A stretch of 64,000 nucleotides of DNA from Baekduia sp. (GTDB lineage Bacteria > Actinomycetota > Thermoleophilia > Solirubrobacterales > Solirubrobacteraceae): NCBI GenBank assembly GCA_035765735.1, contig DASTWY010000068.1:44893-108892 (forward strand). Direction: 5' to 3'. Positions 52,887 to 64,000 of this stretch are shown one piece after another (within the stretch, counting starts at the first letter, position 1; every line of letters starts with the position of its first letter). Made by a program: the position numbers and the translations under genes. The notes beneath the pieces are model-generated. The model was not told the DNA's origin and did not search any database. It saw nothing but the letters and a program-made list of their open reading frames with translations.

Positions 52887-54457
52887 CCGCGGGCTTCGTC
52901 AACGAGCCGCTGCTCGAGCTGCGGCGCGCCGCGGTGCGGTGCGAGGCTCGCGCCGCCCTCGCGCGGCTCGACGCCCGCCTGCCCCTCCAGGTCCCGATCC
53001 TCCTCGGCGGCGACCATCTCGCCGGCGACGCCTTCGCCTCGCTCGACCCCGGCGCCCCGGCGCGCGTGGTGGCCGAGGCCCAGGGCGCGAGCGCCGATCA
53101 CGTCGCGCGCGCGGTCGAGCTGGCCGCCGCCGCGGGCCGCGAGTGGGCCGCGCGCGGAGCCGACCACCGCGCCGCGGTGCTGGCGCGCGCCGCCGGGCTG
53201 CTGCGCGCGCGCCGCGCGGAGCTGGCGGCGCTCGCCGTCCGCGAGTGCGCCAAGCCGTGGCGCGAGGCTGACGCCGACGTCGCCGAGGCGATCGACTTCC
53301 TCACGTACTACGGCGCCCAGGCGCGCGCGCTGGCCTCCGGGACGCTGCCGGGCCGCGAGCTGGTCCAGGTCCCCGGCGAGCACAACGTCCAGCGCTACGT
53401 GCCGCGCGGCGTGGCCGGGGTGATTGCCCCCTGGAACTTCCCCTTCGCGATCGTGACCGGCATGACGGCCGCAGCGCTGGCCGCCGGCAACGGCGTCGTG
53501 GTCAAGCCGGCCGAGCAGTCGCCGGCCTGTGCGCTGATGGCCGTCGAGGCGCTGCACGAGGCCGGCGTGCCGGCCAAGGCGCTGGCGCTGCTGCCCGGCG
53601 GCGACGAGCCGGGGCGCGCGCTCGTGGCCCATCCCGGCGTGCACGTCATCGCCTTCACGGGCTCGTGCGCGGCGGGGCTGTCGATCCTCGAGCAGGCGGC
53701 GAAGGTCGCGCCCGGCCAGCGCCACGTCAAGCACGTCGTGGCCGAGATGGGCGGCAAGAACGCGATCCTCGTCGACCGCGACGCCGACCTCGACGAGGCG
53801 ATCCCCGCGATCGTCACCTCCGCGTTCGGCTTCGCCGGCCAGAAGTGCTCGGCCGCCTCGCGTGTGCTCGTCCACGAGGCGGCCGCCGGCGCGCTGGTCG
53901 AGCGCCTCGCGGGCGCGGTCGCGACCCTGCGCGTCGGCCCGGCCGAGGACTTCGAGACGGACGTCCCGCCGGTCATCGACGCCGAGGCGCAGCAGCGCGT
54001 CGCCCGCTACGTCGAGCTCGGCCGCGCCAGCGGGCGCGTCGTCGCGGCGGCGGACGCGCCCGACAGCGACGGCTACTACGTCGCGCCGCACGTCTTCGGC
54101 CGCCTGCCCGCCGACTCGCCGCTGATCGCCGAGGAGATCTTCGGGCCCGTCCTCATCGTCGAGGCCGTGGCCTCGATGGACGACGCCTGCGACCGCCTCG
54201 ACGCCGCGCCGTTCGCGCTCACCGGCGGCCTGTTCAGCCGCAGCCCCGGCACCGTGGACGCCGTCGCGGCGCGCGCGCCGGTGGGCAACCTGTACGTCAA
54301 CCGCGAGATCACCGGCGCGATGGTCGGCCGCCAGCCGTTCGGCGGCGGCCGGCTGTCGGGCACCGGCCCGAAGGCGGGCGGGCCCGACTACCTGCTGGCC
54401 TTCTGCGAGGCGCGCGTCGTGACGGAGAACACGATGCGCCACGGGCTCGTGGTGTGA
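52883..54457 (+). CDS. pruA: L-glutamate gamma-semialdehyde (P5C) dehydrogenase
   Basis: The ATGA overlaps the PRODH stop. ALDH motifs are APWNFPFAI, VVKPAEQSP, EMGGKNA and GQKCSAASR. The C-terminus is GRQPFGGGRLSGTGPKAGGPDYL. Confidence 0.9.
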   Translation: MTAGFVNEPLLELRRAAVRCEARAALARLDARLPLQVPILLGGDHLAGDAFASLDPGAPARVVAEAQGASADHVARAVELAAAAGREWAARGADHRAAVLARAAGLLRARRAELAALAVRECAKPWREADADVAEAIDFLTYYGAQARALASGTLPGRELVQVPGEHNVQRYVPRGVAGVIAPWNFPFAIVTGMTAAALAAGNGVVVKPAEQSPACALMAVEALHEAGVPAKALALLPGGDEPGRALVAHPGVHVIAFTGSCAAGLSILEQAAKVAPGQRHVKHVVAEMGGKNAILVDRDADLDEAIPAIVTSAFGFAGQKCSAASRVLVHEAAAGALVERLAGAVATLRVGPAEDFETDVPPVIDAEAQQRVARYVELGRASGRVVAAADAPDSDGYYVAPHVFGRLPADSPLIAEEIFGPVLIVEAVASMDDACDRLDAAPFALTGGLFSRSPGTVDAVAARAPVGNLYVNREITGAMVGRQPFGGGRLSGTGPKAGGPDYLLAFCEARVVTENTMRHGLVV

Positions 54458-54467
54458 GCTCCCCGGC

Positions 54468-54499
54468 GACCTCGGGCGCGCCGTGGCGCGCCCGAGGTC
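54468..54499. terminator. Bidirectional GC hairpin (14-bp perfect stem, 4-nt loop)
   Basis: GACCTCGGGCGCGC-cgtg-GCGCGCCCGAGGTC lies between convergent pruA (+) and iolA (-). Confidence 0.65.
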
Positions 54500-54514
54500 C
54501 CGGACCTGCCCGTC

Positions 54515-56025
54515 CTAGTCGGCGGTGGGGAAGCTCATGCGGCCCTGCGCGGGCAGCTCCGCGTGCGCGTCCTCGGGCCAGCGCGTCGTGACCGCCTTCG
54601 CGCGCGTGTAGAAGCGCACGCCCTCGGCGCCGTGGATGTGGTGGTCGCCGAAGAGCGAGTCCTTCCAGCCGCCGAACGAGTAGAACGCCATCGGCACCGG
54701 GATCGGGATGTTGACCCCGATCATCCCGACCTGGACCCGCCGCTGGAAGTCCCGCGCGGCCCGGCCCGACGACGTGAAGATCGCCGTGCCGTTGGCGTAC
54801 GGGTTGCGGTTGATGAGCGCGATCGCCTCGTCGAGCGTGTCGACGCGGACGACGGCCAGCACGGGCCCGAAGATCTCGTCCTGGTAGATCGACATGTCGG
54901 TCGTGACGCGGTCGAAGAGCGTCGGGCCGAGCCAGAAGCCGTCGCCCTCCATCTCGATGGAGCGGCCGTCGACGACGACCTCCGCGCCGGCCTCGACGCC
55001 CGCGTCGATGTAGCCGGTGATGCGCTCACGCGCCTGCGCGGTCACGACCGGCCCCATCTCGCTGCGCTCGTCGAGGCCCGGCCCGACCTGCACCTCCAGG
55101 GCCTTCTGGCGCAGCCGCTCGACGAGCGGGTCGGCCGCCTCGCCGACGGCGACGGCCACCGAGATCGCCATGCAGCGCTGGCCCGCGGAGCCGTAGCCCG
55201 CGGACGTCAGGTGGTTGGCCGCGCCCTCGAGGTCGGCGTCGGGCAGCACGACGGCGTGGTTCTTGGCGCCGCCGAGCGCCTGGACGCGCTTGCCGGCCTT
55301 CGTCGCCCGCTCGTGCACGTACCGGGCGATCGGCGTCGAGCCGACGAACGACACGGCGTCGACGTCGGGGTGGTCGAGCAGCGCGTCGACCGCCACCTTG
55401 TCGCCGTGCACGACGTTGAACACGCCGTCCGGCAGGCCCGCCTCCGCGTAGAGCTCGGCCACGCGGTTGGACACCGACGGGTCGCGCTCGGAGGGCTTGA
55501 GCACGAACGTGTTGCCGGTCGCGATCGCGATCGGGTGCATCCACATCGGGACCATGATGGGGAAGTTGAACGGGCTGATGCCCGCGCAGACGCCGAGCGG
55601 CTGGCGGAACGACAGGGCGTCGACGCCGGTCGACACCTGGTCGGAGTACTCGCCCTTGAGCAGCTGCGGGATGCCGCAGGCGAACTCGACGACCTCCATG
55701 CCGCGGATGACCTCGCCGCGCGCGTCGTCGAGGACCTTGCCGTGCTCGGACGAGATGATCCGCGTGAGCTCGTCGGTGTGGCGCTCGAGCAGCTCGCGGA
55801 AGCGGAACATGATGCGGGCGCGGCGGGTGACCGACATCTCGCTCCACGTCTCGAACGCGGTGCGCGCGGCCTGGACCGCGCGGTCGACGTCGGCCTCGGT
55901 CGCCAGCACCACCTCGGCCTGAGGGGCGCCGGTCGCCGGATCGAAGACCGGCGCCGTGCGGGATGGGTCGCCCGCCAGCTCCTCGCCGGCGATGCGATGG
56001 TGGATCGTCCTCAACGTGGTGGTGC

Positions 56026-56029
<4 letters not shown>
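54515..56029 (-). CDS. iolA: Methylmalonate/malonate-semialdehyde dehydrogenase, inositol-operon copy
   Basis: It is collinear and highly similar to 45169..46671, with the same motifs. The GTG start aligns with the paralog Met and overlaps the iolD stop by 4 nt. It is the last gene of the iol operon. Confidence 0.88.
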
Positions 56030-57920
<1,891 letters not shown>

Positions 57921-57924
<4 letters not shown>

Positions 57925-58787
57925 GCCCGCGCCTCCGCCGCCGCCGTCATGGGCAGGCGGGGGTCGACGTCCTGCTCGGCCCACGTCCCGCGGATCCACG
58001 CGTGCTGCGGGTCGTCGGTGAAGCGCCATGCGCGCTCGCCGGGCCCGGCCATGACGTTGAGGTAGTAGAGGTCGTAGCCCGGAGCGGCCATCGACGGCCC
58101 GTGGTAGCCGTGGGGCATCACGATCGCGTCGCCGCCGCGGACCTCCGCGCACACGTCGATCTCGCGGCCGGGCCCCGACCCGTAGACGCGCTGGTAGCCG
58201 AAGCCGTCGCCGGCGACCTCGTAGTAGTAGATCTCCTCGAGCACGGTCTCCTCGCCCGGACGGTCCTCGTCGTGCTTGTGCGGGGGATAGGACGACCAGT
58301 TGCCGCCCGGCGTCAGCACCTCGACGGCGATCAGCCGGTCGGCCTCGAAGGCCTCGGGCGCGCAGAAGTTGTTGACCTGGCGGCTGGCCGACCCGGCGCC
58401 GCGCAGCTCGACCGGGACGTCCGCGGCGGCCACGTGGCGGGCCTCGAGCCGCCGTGACGCGCGCGCCGACGGCAGGGCGAAGCGCCCGCCGGACTCCGAG
58501 CCGATCTCCAGGCGGCTGTCACGCGGCACGTAGGCGAAGTCGCTCACGCCGGCGAAGACGCCGTCGCGCCCCTGCAGCTCGAACGTGTGGCCGTCCGCGG
58601 CGACCGTGCAGGCACCGCTGAGCGGCAGGACGATGACCTCGTCCTCGCCGGTGTCCCAGGCGTGCGAGGCGCCCGGCGCGAGCTCGAGCACCTTGAGGCC
58701 GCTGAAGCCCCAGCCCGCGCTCTCCGGGGTGATGACCAGCTCGAAGGCGCCGTCGCGCGCCGAGCCGGCGGGCAGGACGGCGCTCAT
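57921..58787 (-). CDS. iolB: 5-deoxy-glucuronate isomerase
   Basis: The cupin-type sequence GNWSSYPPHKHDE...EEIYYY...GYHGP is typical of IolB. It has 4-nt overlaps with its neighbours. Confidence 0.88.
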
Positions 58788-59683
58788 CGTGCCGCTCCGG
58801 CGGGCGTGGGGAAGAGGCCGACGGCCGCGTCGACCGCCTTCGCCACGTCGTCGTCGGCGGGGTACAGCAGCGAGCGCCCGACGACCATCCCGATGACGTT
58901 CGGGACCGCGAGCGCCGTGCGCCAGGTCTCGAAGAACGCGTCCTGGTCCTCGCGGATCTCGCCGCCGAGCAGGACGGTCGGCAGGGTGGACGCGCCGGCG
59001 ACGCGCTCCATGTCGTCGACCACCGGGACCTTCAGCCAGGTGTAGGCCGACGTGCGCCCGAGGCCGGCGGCGATCGCCGACGCCTTGATGGCGGCCTCGG
59101 TGGTGAGGTCGTTCTTGCGGCGGCCGTCGACCAGGCGCGACATGAAGGGCTCGACCATGGCCACCAGCCGGCGGTCGGCGAGCTCGTTGACCGCCCGGCT
59201 GGAGGCCTCCAGCGTGGGGGCGGTCGCGGGATGGTCGAGGTCGACGCGGGTCAGCATCTTGCCGCCCTCGAACCCCATCGCCTCGATCGTCTCGGCGTCG
59301 TAGCTCGTGAAGCGGTCGTCGATCTCCCAGGAGGCGCCCGCCAGGCCGCCGCGGTTCATCGAGCCGAACACGACCTTGTCGTCGAGGACGCCGAGCAGGA
59401 GCAGGTCCTCGAGGATGTCGGCGGTCGCGAGCACGCCGGTCACGCCCGGGCGCTCGAGGGCGACGCACAGGCGCTCGAGCAGGTCGGCGCGGTCGGCCAT
59501 CGCCAGCGGCCGCGCGCCCACGCCGAGCGAGCCGCGGGCGGGGTGGTCGGCGGCGACCACCATCACCCGCCCCGTGTCGTCGACGGGTGCCACCGGCCGG
59601 CGCCGCCGGGCCGCCGCCTCGGCGATGGCCTCGGGCCGCTCGACCCGGGTCCGGATGATCTGCTCCACGAAATCCTCACGCAT
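58784..59683 (-). CDS. DhnA-type class-I aldolase family protein (Cgl0159-like), probable 5-dehydro-2-deoxyphosphogluconate aldolase substitute
   Basis: It has a TIM-barrel aldolase-like sequence (VMVVAADHP..., KVPVVDDMERV, VGRSLLYP). It occupies the position between iolC and iolB, as in corynebacterial iol clusters (from memory). Confidence 0.7.
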   Translation of the reverse strand: MREDFVEQIIRTRVERPEAIAEAAARRRRPVAPVDDTGRVMVVAADHPARGSLGVGARPLAMADRADLLERLCVALERPGVTGVLATADILEDLLLLGVLDDKVVFGSMNRGGLAGASWEIDDRFTSYDAETIEAMGFEGGKMLTRVDLDHPATAPTLEASSRAVNELADRRLVAMVEPFMSRLVDGRRKNDLTTEAAIKASAIAAGLGRTSAYTWLKVPVVDDMERVAGASTLPTVLLGGEIREDQDAFFETWRTALAVPNVIGMVVGRSLLYPADDDVAKAVDAAVGLFPTPAGAAR

Positions 59684-60629
59684 GAATCGGCTCCTCGAGC
59701 TTGGCTCGCACTTCGTCCTCGGTGGGCATCGCGTCCGCGCACGCCAGGCGCGACGCGACGATCGCGCCGGCGGCGTTGCAGAAGCGCATCGTCTCTCGCG
59801 TGTCCCAGCGGCCCAGCAGGCCATGGCACAGCGCGCCGCCGAACGCGTCGCCGGCGCCCAGGCCGTTGACGACCTCGACGGGCACGGGGGGGACCTCGAC
59901 GACCGCGGTCCCGTCGTCGGCCAGCACGCCCTTCGGGCCCTGCTTGACGATGGCCAGGTCGACGCCGGCGGCCCGCAGGGCGCGCGCGGCCTCACGCGGC
60001 TGGCGGGTGCCGACCGCGGTCTCGCACTCGTCCTGGTTGCCGACGGCCACCGTGACGTGCCGCAGCGCCTCGGCCACCCAGCGATGCGCCTCGTCGCGCG
60101 AGGGCCAGAACATCGGCCGGTAGTCGAGGTCGAGCACGGTGATCCCCGCCTTGCCCCGCGCCTCGAGCGCGGCCAGCGTCGCGGAGCGGCTCGGCTCCTG
60201 GGACAGCCCCGTGACGGTGACCCAGAAGACGCCGGCCGCGCGGATCGCGTCGTAGTCCAGCTCGTCGGCGTTGATCTCCAGGTCCGGCGCCTTGGGGTAC
60301 CGGTAGAAGTAGATCGGGAAGTCGTCGGGCGGGAAGATCTCGCAGAACGTGACCGGCGTGGGGAGGCCCGGGACCGCGGTGACGAAGCGGTCGTCGACCG
60401 AGAAGCGCTGCAGCGCGTCGTGCAGGAACTGCCCGAACGGGTCCTCGCCGGTGCGCGTGATGACCGCGCTGCGGCGGCCGAAGCGCGCCGCGGCCACCGC
60501 GACGTTCGTGGCGCTCCCGCCGAGGTACTTGCCGAAGGACTCGACCTCGCGCAGCGACATGCCCGTCTGCAGCGGGTAGACGTCGACGCCGATGCGCCCC
60601 ATGGTGATGACGTCCAGTGGTGTGCTCAT
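59676..60629 (-). CDS. iolC: 5-dehydro-2-deoxygluconokinase (PfkB family)
   Basis: The sequence MGRIGVDVYPLQ...GGSATNVAVAAARFG plus the PfkB signature GAGDAFGGAL is typical of the family. It sits in the iol context. Confidence 0.88.
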   Translation of the reverse strand: MSTPLDVITMGRIGVDVYPLQTGMSLREVESFGKYLGGSATNVAVAAARFGRRSAVITRTGEDPFGQFLHDALQRFSVDDRFVTAVPGLPTPVTFCEIFPPDDFPIYFYRYPKAPDLEINADELDYDAIRAAGVFWVTVTGLSQEPSRSATLAALEARGKAGITVLDLDYRPMFWPSRDEAHRWVAEALRHVTVAVGNQDECETAVGTRQPREAARALRAAGVDLAIVKQGPKGVLADDGTAVVEVPPVPVEVVNGLGAGDAFGGALCHGLLGRWDTRETMRFCNAAGAIVASRLACADAMPTEDEVRAKLEEPIHA

Positions 60630-61675
60630 GCTTCGGTGAACCCTCCGTTCCAGGGCCAGTCCTCGCCGACCGCCAGCGGCCGGCCGGCCACGGCGCTGGC
60701 GCGCGCGGCGACGCCGATGGCGACCGCGCGCCGGTCGTCGGCGAGGCCGGGGATCTCGGTCTCCTCGCCGCGGCAGGCGGCGACGAACGCGGCCAGCTCG
60801 CCGCGGTAGCCGTCCTCGAAGCGTGCCCGGAAGTCGCCGGGGAACTCGTCGCGGCGATCGCGGCCGACGACCGTGGTCCCCGGGCCGCCCGCGCCGTTGC
60901 CGACGAAGACGGATCCGTCGGTGCCGACGACCTCGCAGCGGACGTCGTGCCCGTAGGCGCACGTGCGCGACACATGGGTGGTGGCGAGCGCTCCGCCGTC
61001 GAACCGGATCCGGACGAGCGCGTTGTCGCAGTCGTCGACCTCGCCCAGCTCGGGGTGCACGAGCGCCTGGCGGGCGGCGTCGACCTCGACCGGCTCCTGC
61101 CCCAGCAGCCAGCAGGCCATGTCGTAGTCGTGCGCGGCCATGTCGAGCAGGAAGCCGCCGGTGTCGCGCGGGTTCTCGCCCTCCGGCCACTCCATGTCGC
61201 GCGAGGTCATCAGGGCCATGAGCGGGCGGCCGATCGCACCCTCCTGGATGCGGCGGCGCGCCTCGCCGAACGCGGTGTCGAAGCGGCGGTTGTAGGCGAC
61301 CTGCGCGACCGCGTCCGGGTGCGCCTCGGCGACCGCTCGCAGGCGCTCGGCGTCGGCGAGGGTCGTGGCGCCCGGCTTCTCGAGCAGCAGGTGCTTGCCG
61401 TGCTCGAGCACGCTGATCGCGTGACGGGCGTGGTCGATGGAGCGCGCCGCCAGCACGACGGCGTCCACGTCGTCGGCGGCGAACAGCTCGTCGTAGCCGG
61501 TCGCCCGCGCTCCCGGCGCGCATTCGGCGGCGACGCGCTCGGCATGGCCGGGCCGCGCGGCGGCCACCGCGACGACCTCGACGCCGTCCATCTCCAGCGC
61601 GTTCCGCAGGTGCAGCTGGCCCATCTCTCCGAGTCCCGCGATCCCGATCCGCACAACCCTCCCGTCGATCACCAT
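60626..61675 (-). CDS. iolG: Gfo/Idh/MocA oxidoreductase, probable inositol 2-dehydrogenase
   Basis: A Rossmann N-terminus RIGIAGLGEMG and the EKP motif LLLEKPGA are present. It is the first gene of the iol operon. Start at MVIDGR (61675); the track start 61699 is possible. Confidence 0.75.
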   Translation of the reverse strand: MVIDGRVVRIGIAGLGEMGQLHLRNALEMDGVEVVAVAAARPGHAERVAAECAPGARATGYDELFAADDVDAVVLAARSIDHARHAISVLEHGKHLLLEKPGATTLADAERLRAVAEAHPDAVAQVAYNRRFDTAFGEARRRIQEGAIGRPLMALMTSRDMEWPEGENPRDTGGFLLDMAAHDYDMACWLLGQEPVEVDAARQALVHPELGEVDDCDNALVRIRFDGGALATTHVSRTCAYGHDVRCEVVGTDGSVFVGNGAGGPGTTVVGRDRRDEFPGDFRARFEDGYRGELAAFVAACRGEETEIPGLADDRRAVAIGVAARASAVAGRPLAVGEDWPWNGGFTEA

Positions 61676-61693
61676 GTCGGGCGATCCTAACGA

Positions 61694-61777
61694 GCGCAAA
61701 CGATTGCGTCAATTTGGCGCAAGACGCTCCTTTGCGCAGGTGCAGTGCGGCCAGTATGGTGACGCAAACCTTTGCGT
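61694..61777. promoter_or_regulatory. Cluster of CGCAAA/TTTGCG inverted repeats: candidate LacI-family operators
   Basis: Three sites are read directly in the iolG/lacI divergent gap, which is relatively low in GC. Site 1 is GCGCAAA-cg-ATTGCGT (61694-709). Site 2 is GCGCAAG-n7-TTTGCGC (61717-737). Site 3 is the perfect ACGCAAA-cc-TTTGCGT (61762-777). Confidence 0.5.
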
Positions 61778-61843
61778 GCACGAGATCAGCAGCCGAATGC
61801 CGACGGCGGAGACCGTCCGGGCACGAGCGGGCGCCCGGCGTCC

Positions 61844-62851
61844 GTGACCCTGCTCGACGTCGCCCGCCGGGCGGGCGTCTCGGCTTCCACCGCGTCGCGC
61901 GCGCTCAACGGCATCGGCGAGATGACGCCCGCCACGCGGCAGGCGGTCCTCGAGGCCGCCGCCGAGCTGCGCTACGTGCCGTTCCCGCTCGCGCGGTCGC
62001 TGCGCACGCGCCACACGATGACGATCGGGTTCGTCGTCCCCGACGTCGGCGCGGGGTTCTACGCCGCGTCGCTGCGCGGGGCGCAGCACACGCTGGTCGA
62101 CGCCGGCTACCACATCATGCTCATGGACTCCGAGCGCGACCTCGAGGAGGAGGTCGCCGCCCTGCGCACGCTCGTCGCGCACCGCGTCGACGGGCTGCTG
62201 CTGGCGACGACGGGCATCGACCGCGAGACGTTCGAGCGCGAGGTCGGCGATCGGACGCCGTGCGTCTTCTTCGACGGCGTGCTCGACGACGTCGGCGTCG
62301 GCGCGGTGAGCCCCGACAACCTCGGTGGAATCCGCATCCTGGTGGAGCACCTCGTCGAGCACGGGCACCGGCGCATCGCGTTCCTGTCGGGTGCGCAGAC
62401 CGAGAGCAGCGGCCGGGAGCGCCTGGAGGCCTTCCGCCTCGTCGCGGGCGAGGCCGGCCTCAACGCGCCGGACGACTACGTGCGGCTCTGCGACTGGGAC
62501 ACCGGCAGCGGCCGTGCCGCGACGCTCGAGCTCCTGGCGCTCGACGAGTCGCCCACCGCGGTGGTGGCCGCCAGCGAGGACCTCGCGCTCGGATGCCTGC
62601 AGGCGTGCCGGGAGCGCGGCGTCGAGATCCCACGCGACCTCGCGCTCGTCAGCTTCGACGACTGCTACTTCGCGGAGCTGCTGGCTCCGCCGCTGACCGC
62701 GCTCCGCGCGCCGGCGGGCGAGACCGGACGGCTGGCGGCCGAGCTGCTGCTCGAGGCGCTGCCGAACCCGGGCGCGCCCCGCCGCGAGGAGCGCGTTCCG
62801 CTGTCGCTCGTGGCTCGCGCCTCGTGCGGCTGCCCGATGGATCAACGCTAA
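61844..62851 (+). CDS. LacI-family transcriptional regulator (likely iol repressor)
   Basis: The HTH is VTLLDVARRAGVSASTASRALNG and is followed by a periplasmic-binding-fold core. GTG 61844 gives a canonical N-terminus. The track TTG 61772 would add 24 non-conserved residues and overlap operator site 3. Confidence 0.85.
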   Translation: MTLLDVARRAGVSASTASRALNGIGEMTPATRQAVLEAAAELRYVPFPLARSLRTRHTMTIGFVVPDVGAGFYAASLRGAQHTLVDAGYHIMLMDSERDLEEEVAALRTLVAHRVDGLLLATTGIDRETFEREVGDRTPCVFFDGVLDDVGVGAVSPDNLGGIRILVEHLVEHGHRRIAFLSGAQTESSGRERLEAFRLVAGEAGLNAPDDYVRLCDWDTGSGRAATLELLALDESPTAVVAASEDLALGCLQACRERGVEIPRDLALVSFDDCYFAELLAPPLTALRAPAGETGRLAAELLLEALPNPGAPRREERVPLSLVARASCGCPMDQR

Positions 62852-62860
62852 GGAGTGCCC

Positions 62861-64000
62861 ATGGTCAGAGCCGCTGTCATGCCCGAGCCCGGGCGCATCG
62901 AGGTGCGCGAGTTCCCCATGCCGGAGCCCGAGCCGGGCGCCGTCCTGCTGGAGATCGACTACTCGGGCATCTGCGGGACCGACAAGCACACGTTCCGCGG
63001 CGAGACCAAGCAGTACGCCGGCACGCCGCACGAGCGCGACCTGCGCTTCCCGCTGATCTGCGGGCACGAGAACGTCGGCCGCGTCGTGGCGACCGGCGGG
63101 GAGGTGCTCGACGCCGAGGGCCGCCCGCTGCGGGTCGGCGACCGGATCGTCCCGGGGGCCAACGTCCCGTGCGGGCGCTGCTGGTACTGCCGGACCGGCC
63201 ATCCCTATTACGCCTGCGAGCACCTCGACGACTACGGCAACAGCCTCCACTGCGACGACCCGCCGTACCTCTTCGGCGGCTGGGCCGAGCACCTGTACCT
63301 CAAGCCGGGCACGCCGCTGTTCCGCGTGCCCGACGAGCTGCCCAGCCGCGTCGCCGTCCTCACGGAGATCATGGCCGTCACCCACGGGCTCGACGTCGCG
63401 GCGTCGATCGGCGCGGCGGGCAAGGGCTTCCGCCACGGGGACACCGTGGCCGTGCTCGGCGTCGGGCCGGTCGGGCTGTGCCATGCCATCAAGGCACGGC
63501 TGATCGGCTGCGGCGACCTCATCGCCATCGACCGCATGCCCGCCCGGCTGCGGAAGGCCGAGGAGTTCGGCGCGACGCTGACCATCGACGCCTCCGCGAC
63601 GTCCGACGAGGAGCGGGTCGAGGCGGTGCGCGCGGCGACGGGCGGACGCGGTGCCGACGTGGTCATCGACTGCACCGGCGTGCCCGAGGGCTTCGTCGAG
63701 GCGCTGCGGCTCGTGCGCTTCGGCGGCACCGTGCTCGAGCCCGGCGCCTTCGTCGACCTCGGCCCCGTCCCCGTCAACCCCAACGCCGACATCTGCGTGC
63801 GCGACATCTGCGTGCTGGGCGTCGGCGGCGAGACCGCCTCGGCCTACGGGCCGGCCATGAAGCTCATGGCGCGCAACCTCGACCGCTTCCCGCTCGACCG
63901 CGTCGTGACCCATGAGGTGCCCCTGGAGGGCGTCGAGGAGGGTCTGCGCATCTCGCAGACCGACACCACGATGAAGGTCGTCGTGGCGCCCGGCGGGGAA
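62861..64000 (+). CDS. Zinc-dependent medium-chain alcohol/polyol dehydrogenase (3' end outside window)
   Basis: This ORF is not in the track because it is open at the window end. An AAGGAG RBS is present at 62850. My translation gives MVRAAVMPEPGRIEVREF...GICGTDKH...CGHENVG...CGRCWYCRTG...VLGVGPVGL, which contains the catalytic and structural Zn motifs and a Rossmann motif. Confidence 0.85.
   Translation, partial: MVRAAVMPEPGRIEVREFPMPEPEPGAVLLEIDYSGICGTDKHTFRGETKQYAGTPHERDLRFPLICGHENVGRVVATGGEVLDAEGRPLRVGDRIVPGANVPCGRCWYCRTGHPYYACEHLDDYGNSLHCDDPPYLFGGWAEHLYLKPGTPLFRVPDELPSRVAVLTEIMAVTHGLDVAASIGAAGKGFRHGDTVAVLGVGPVGLCHAIKARLIGCGDLIAIDRMPARLRKAEEFGATLTIDASATSDEERVEAVRAATGGRGADVVIDCTGVPEGFVEALRLVRFGGTVLEPGAFVDLGPVPVNPNADICVRDICVLGVGGETASAYGPAMKLMARNLDRFPLDRVVTHEVPLEGVEEGLRISQTDTTMKVVVAPGGE

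Noticed and set aside
61772-61843. TTG start extending the LacI regulator by 24 aa
   Set aside because: The extension (RARDQQPNADGGDRPGTSGRPAS) is non-conserved low complexity and overlaps the perfect operator palindrome. GTG 61844 gives the canonical LacI N-terminus.

Overview
Very GC-rich (over 70% by eye) actinobacterial-type chromosomal segment. The style of its secreted proteins (FG-GAP and PD40 repeats, Arg/His-rich tails) suggests Thermoleophilia/Solirubrobacterales-like Actinomycetota, but that is inference only. I can support about 52 protein-coding genes, one tRNA-His, several GC-rich terminator hairpins, candidate operators and three repeat loci. Most of the very long ORFs in the track (1000-1480 aa, Arg/Ala/Gly/Pro-rich) are antisense or off-frame artefacts of the GC content. 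I picked real genes by recognisable protein motifs, RBS/start context and 4-nt overlaps. Recognisable content, in order:
- A SARP/AfsR-type STAND regulator, then assorted redox enzymes and small regulators.
- A DevS/DosT-like heme-GAF histidine kinase preceded by an Asp-less, HTH-less receiver, convergent on a tandem-USP + DUF4389 pair.
- An ECF sigma operon with two paralogous membrane proteins.
- An xfp-ackA-ybjQ-repeat-protein operon, divergent from mntH.
- A proline catabolism pair (PRODH/P5CDH).
- A myo-inositol catabolic operon (iolG-iolC-aldolase-iolB-iolD-iolA) with a divergent LacI regulator.
Main leads for novelty:
1. An all-secreted four-gene module at 34.5-41.9 kb. It holds a PD40 propeller, a 982-aa triple-repeat Cys-containing protein, and two convergent small paralogs around a 0.8-kb non-coding spacer. 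I know of no described function for it.
2. A DUF559/AbiEi-like gene embedded in 160-bp tandem repeats and bracketed by a repeated hairpin motif.
3. The degenerate receiver next to the DevS-like kinase.
No CRISPR array, transposase, integrase or prophage genes were seen.
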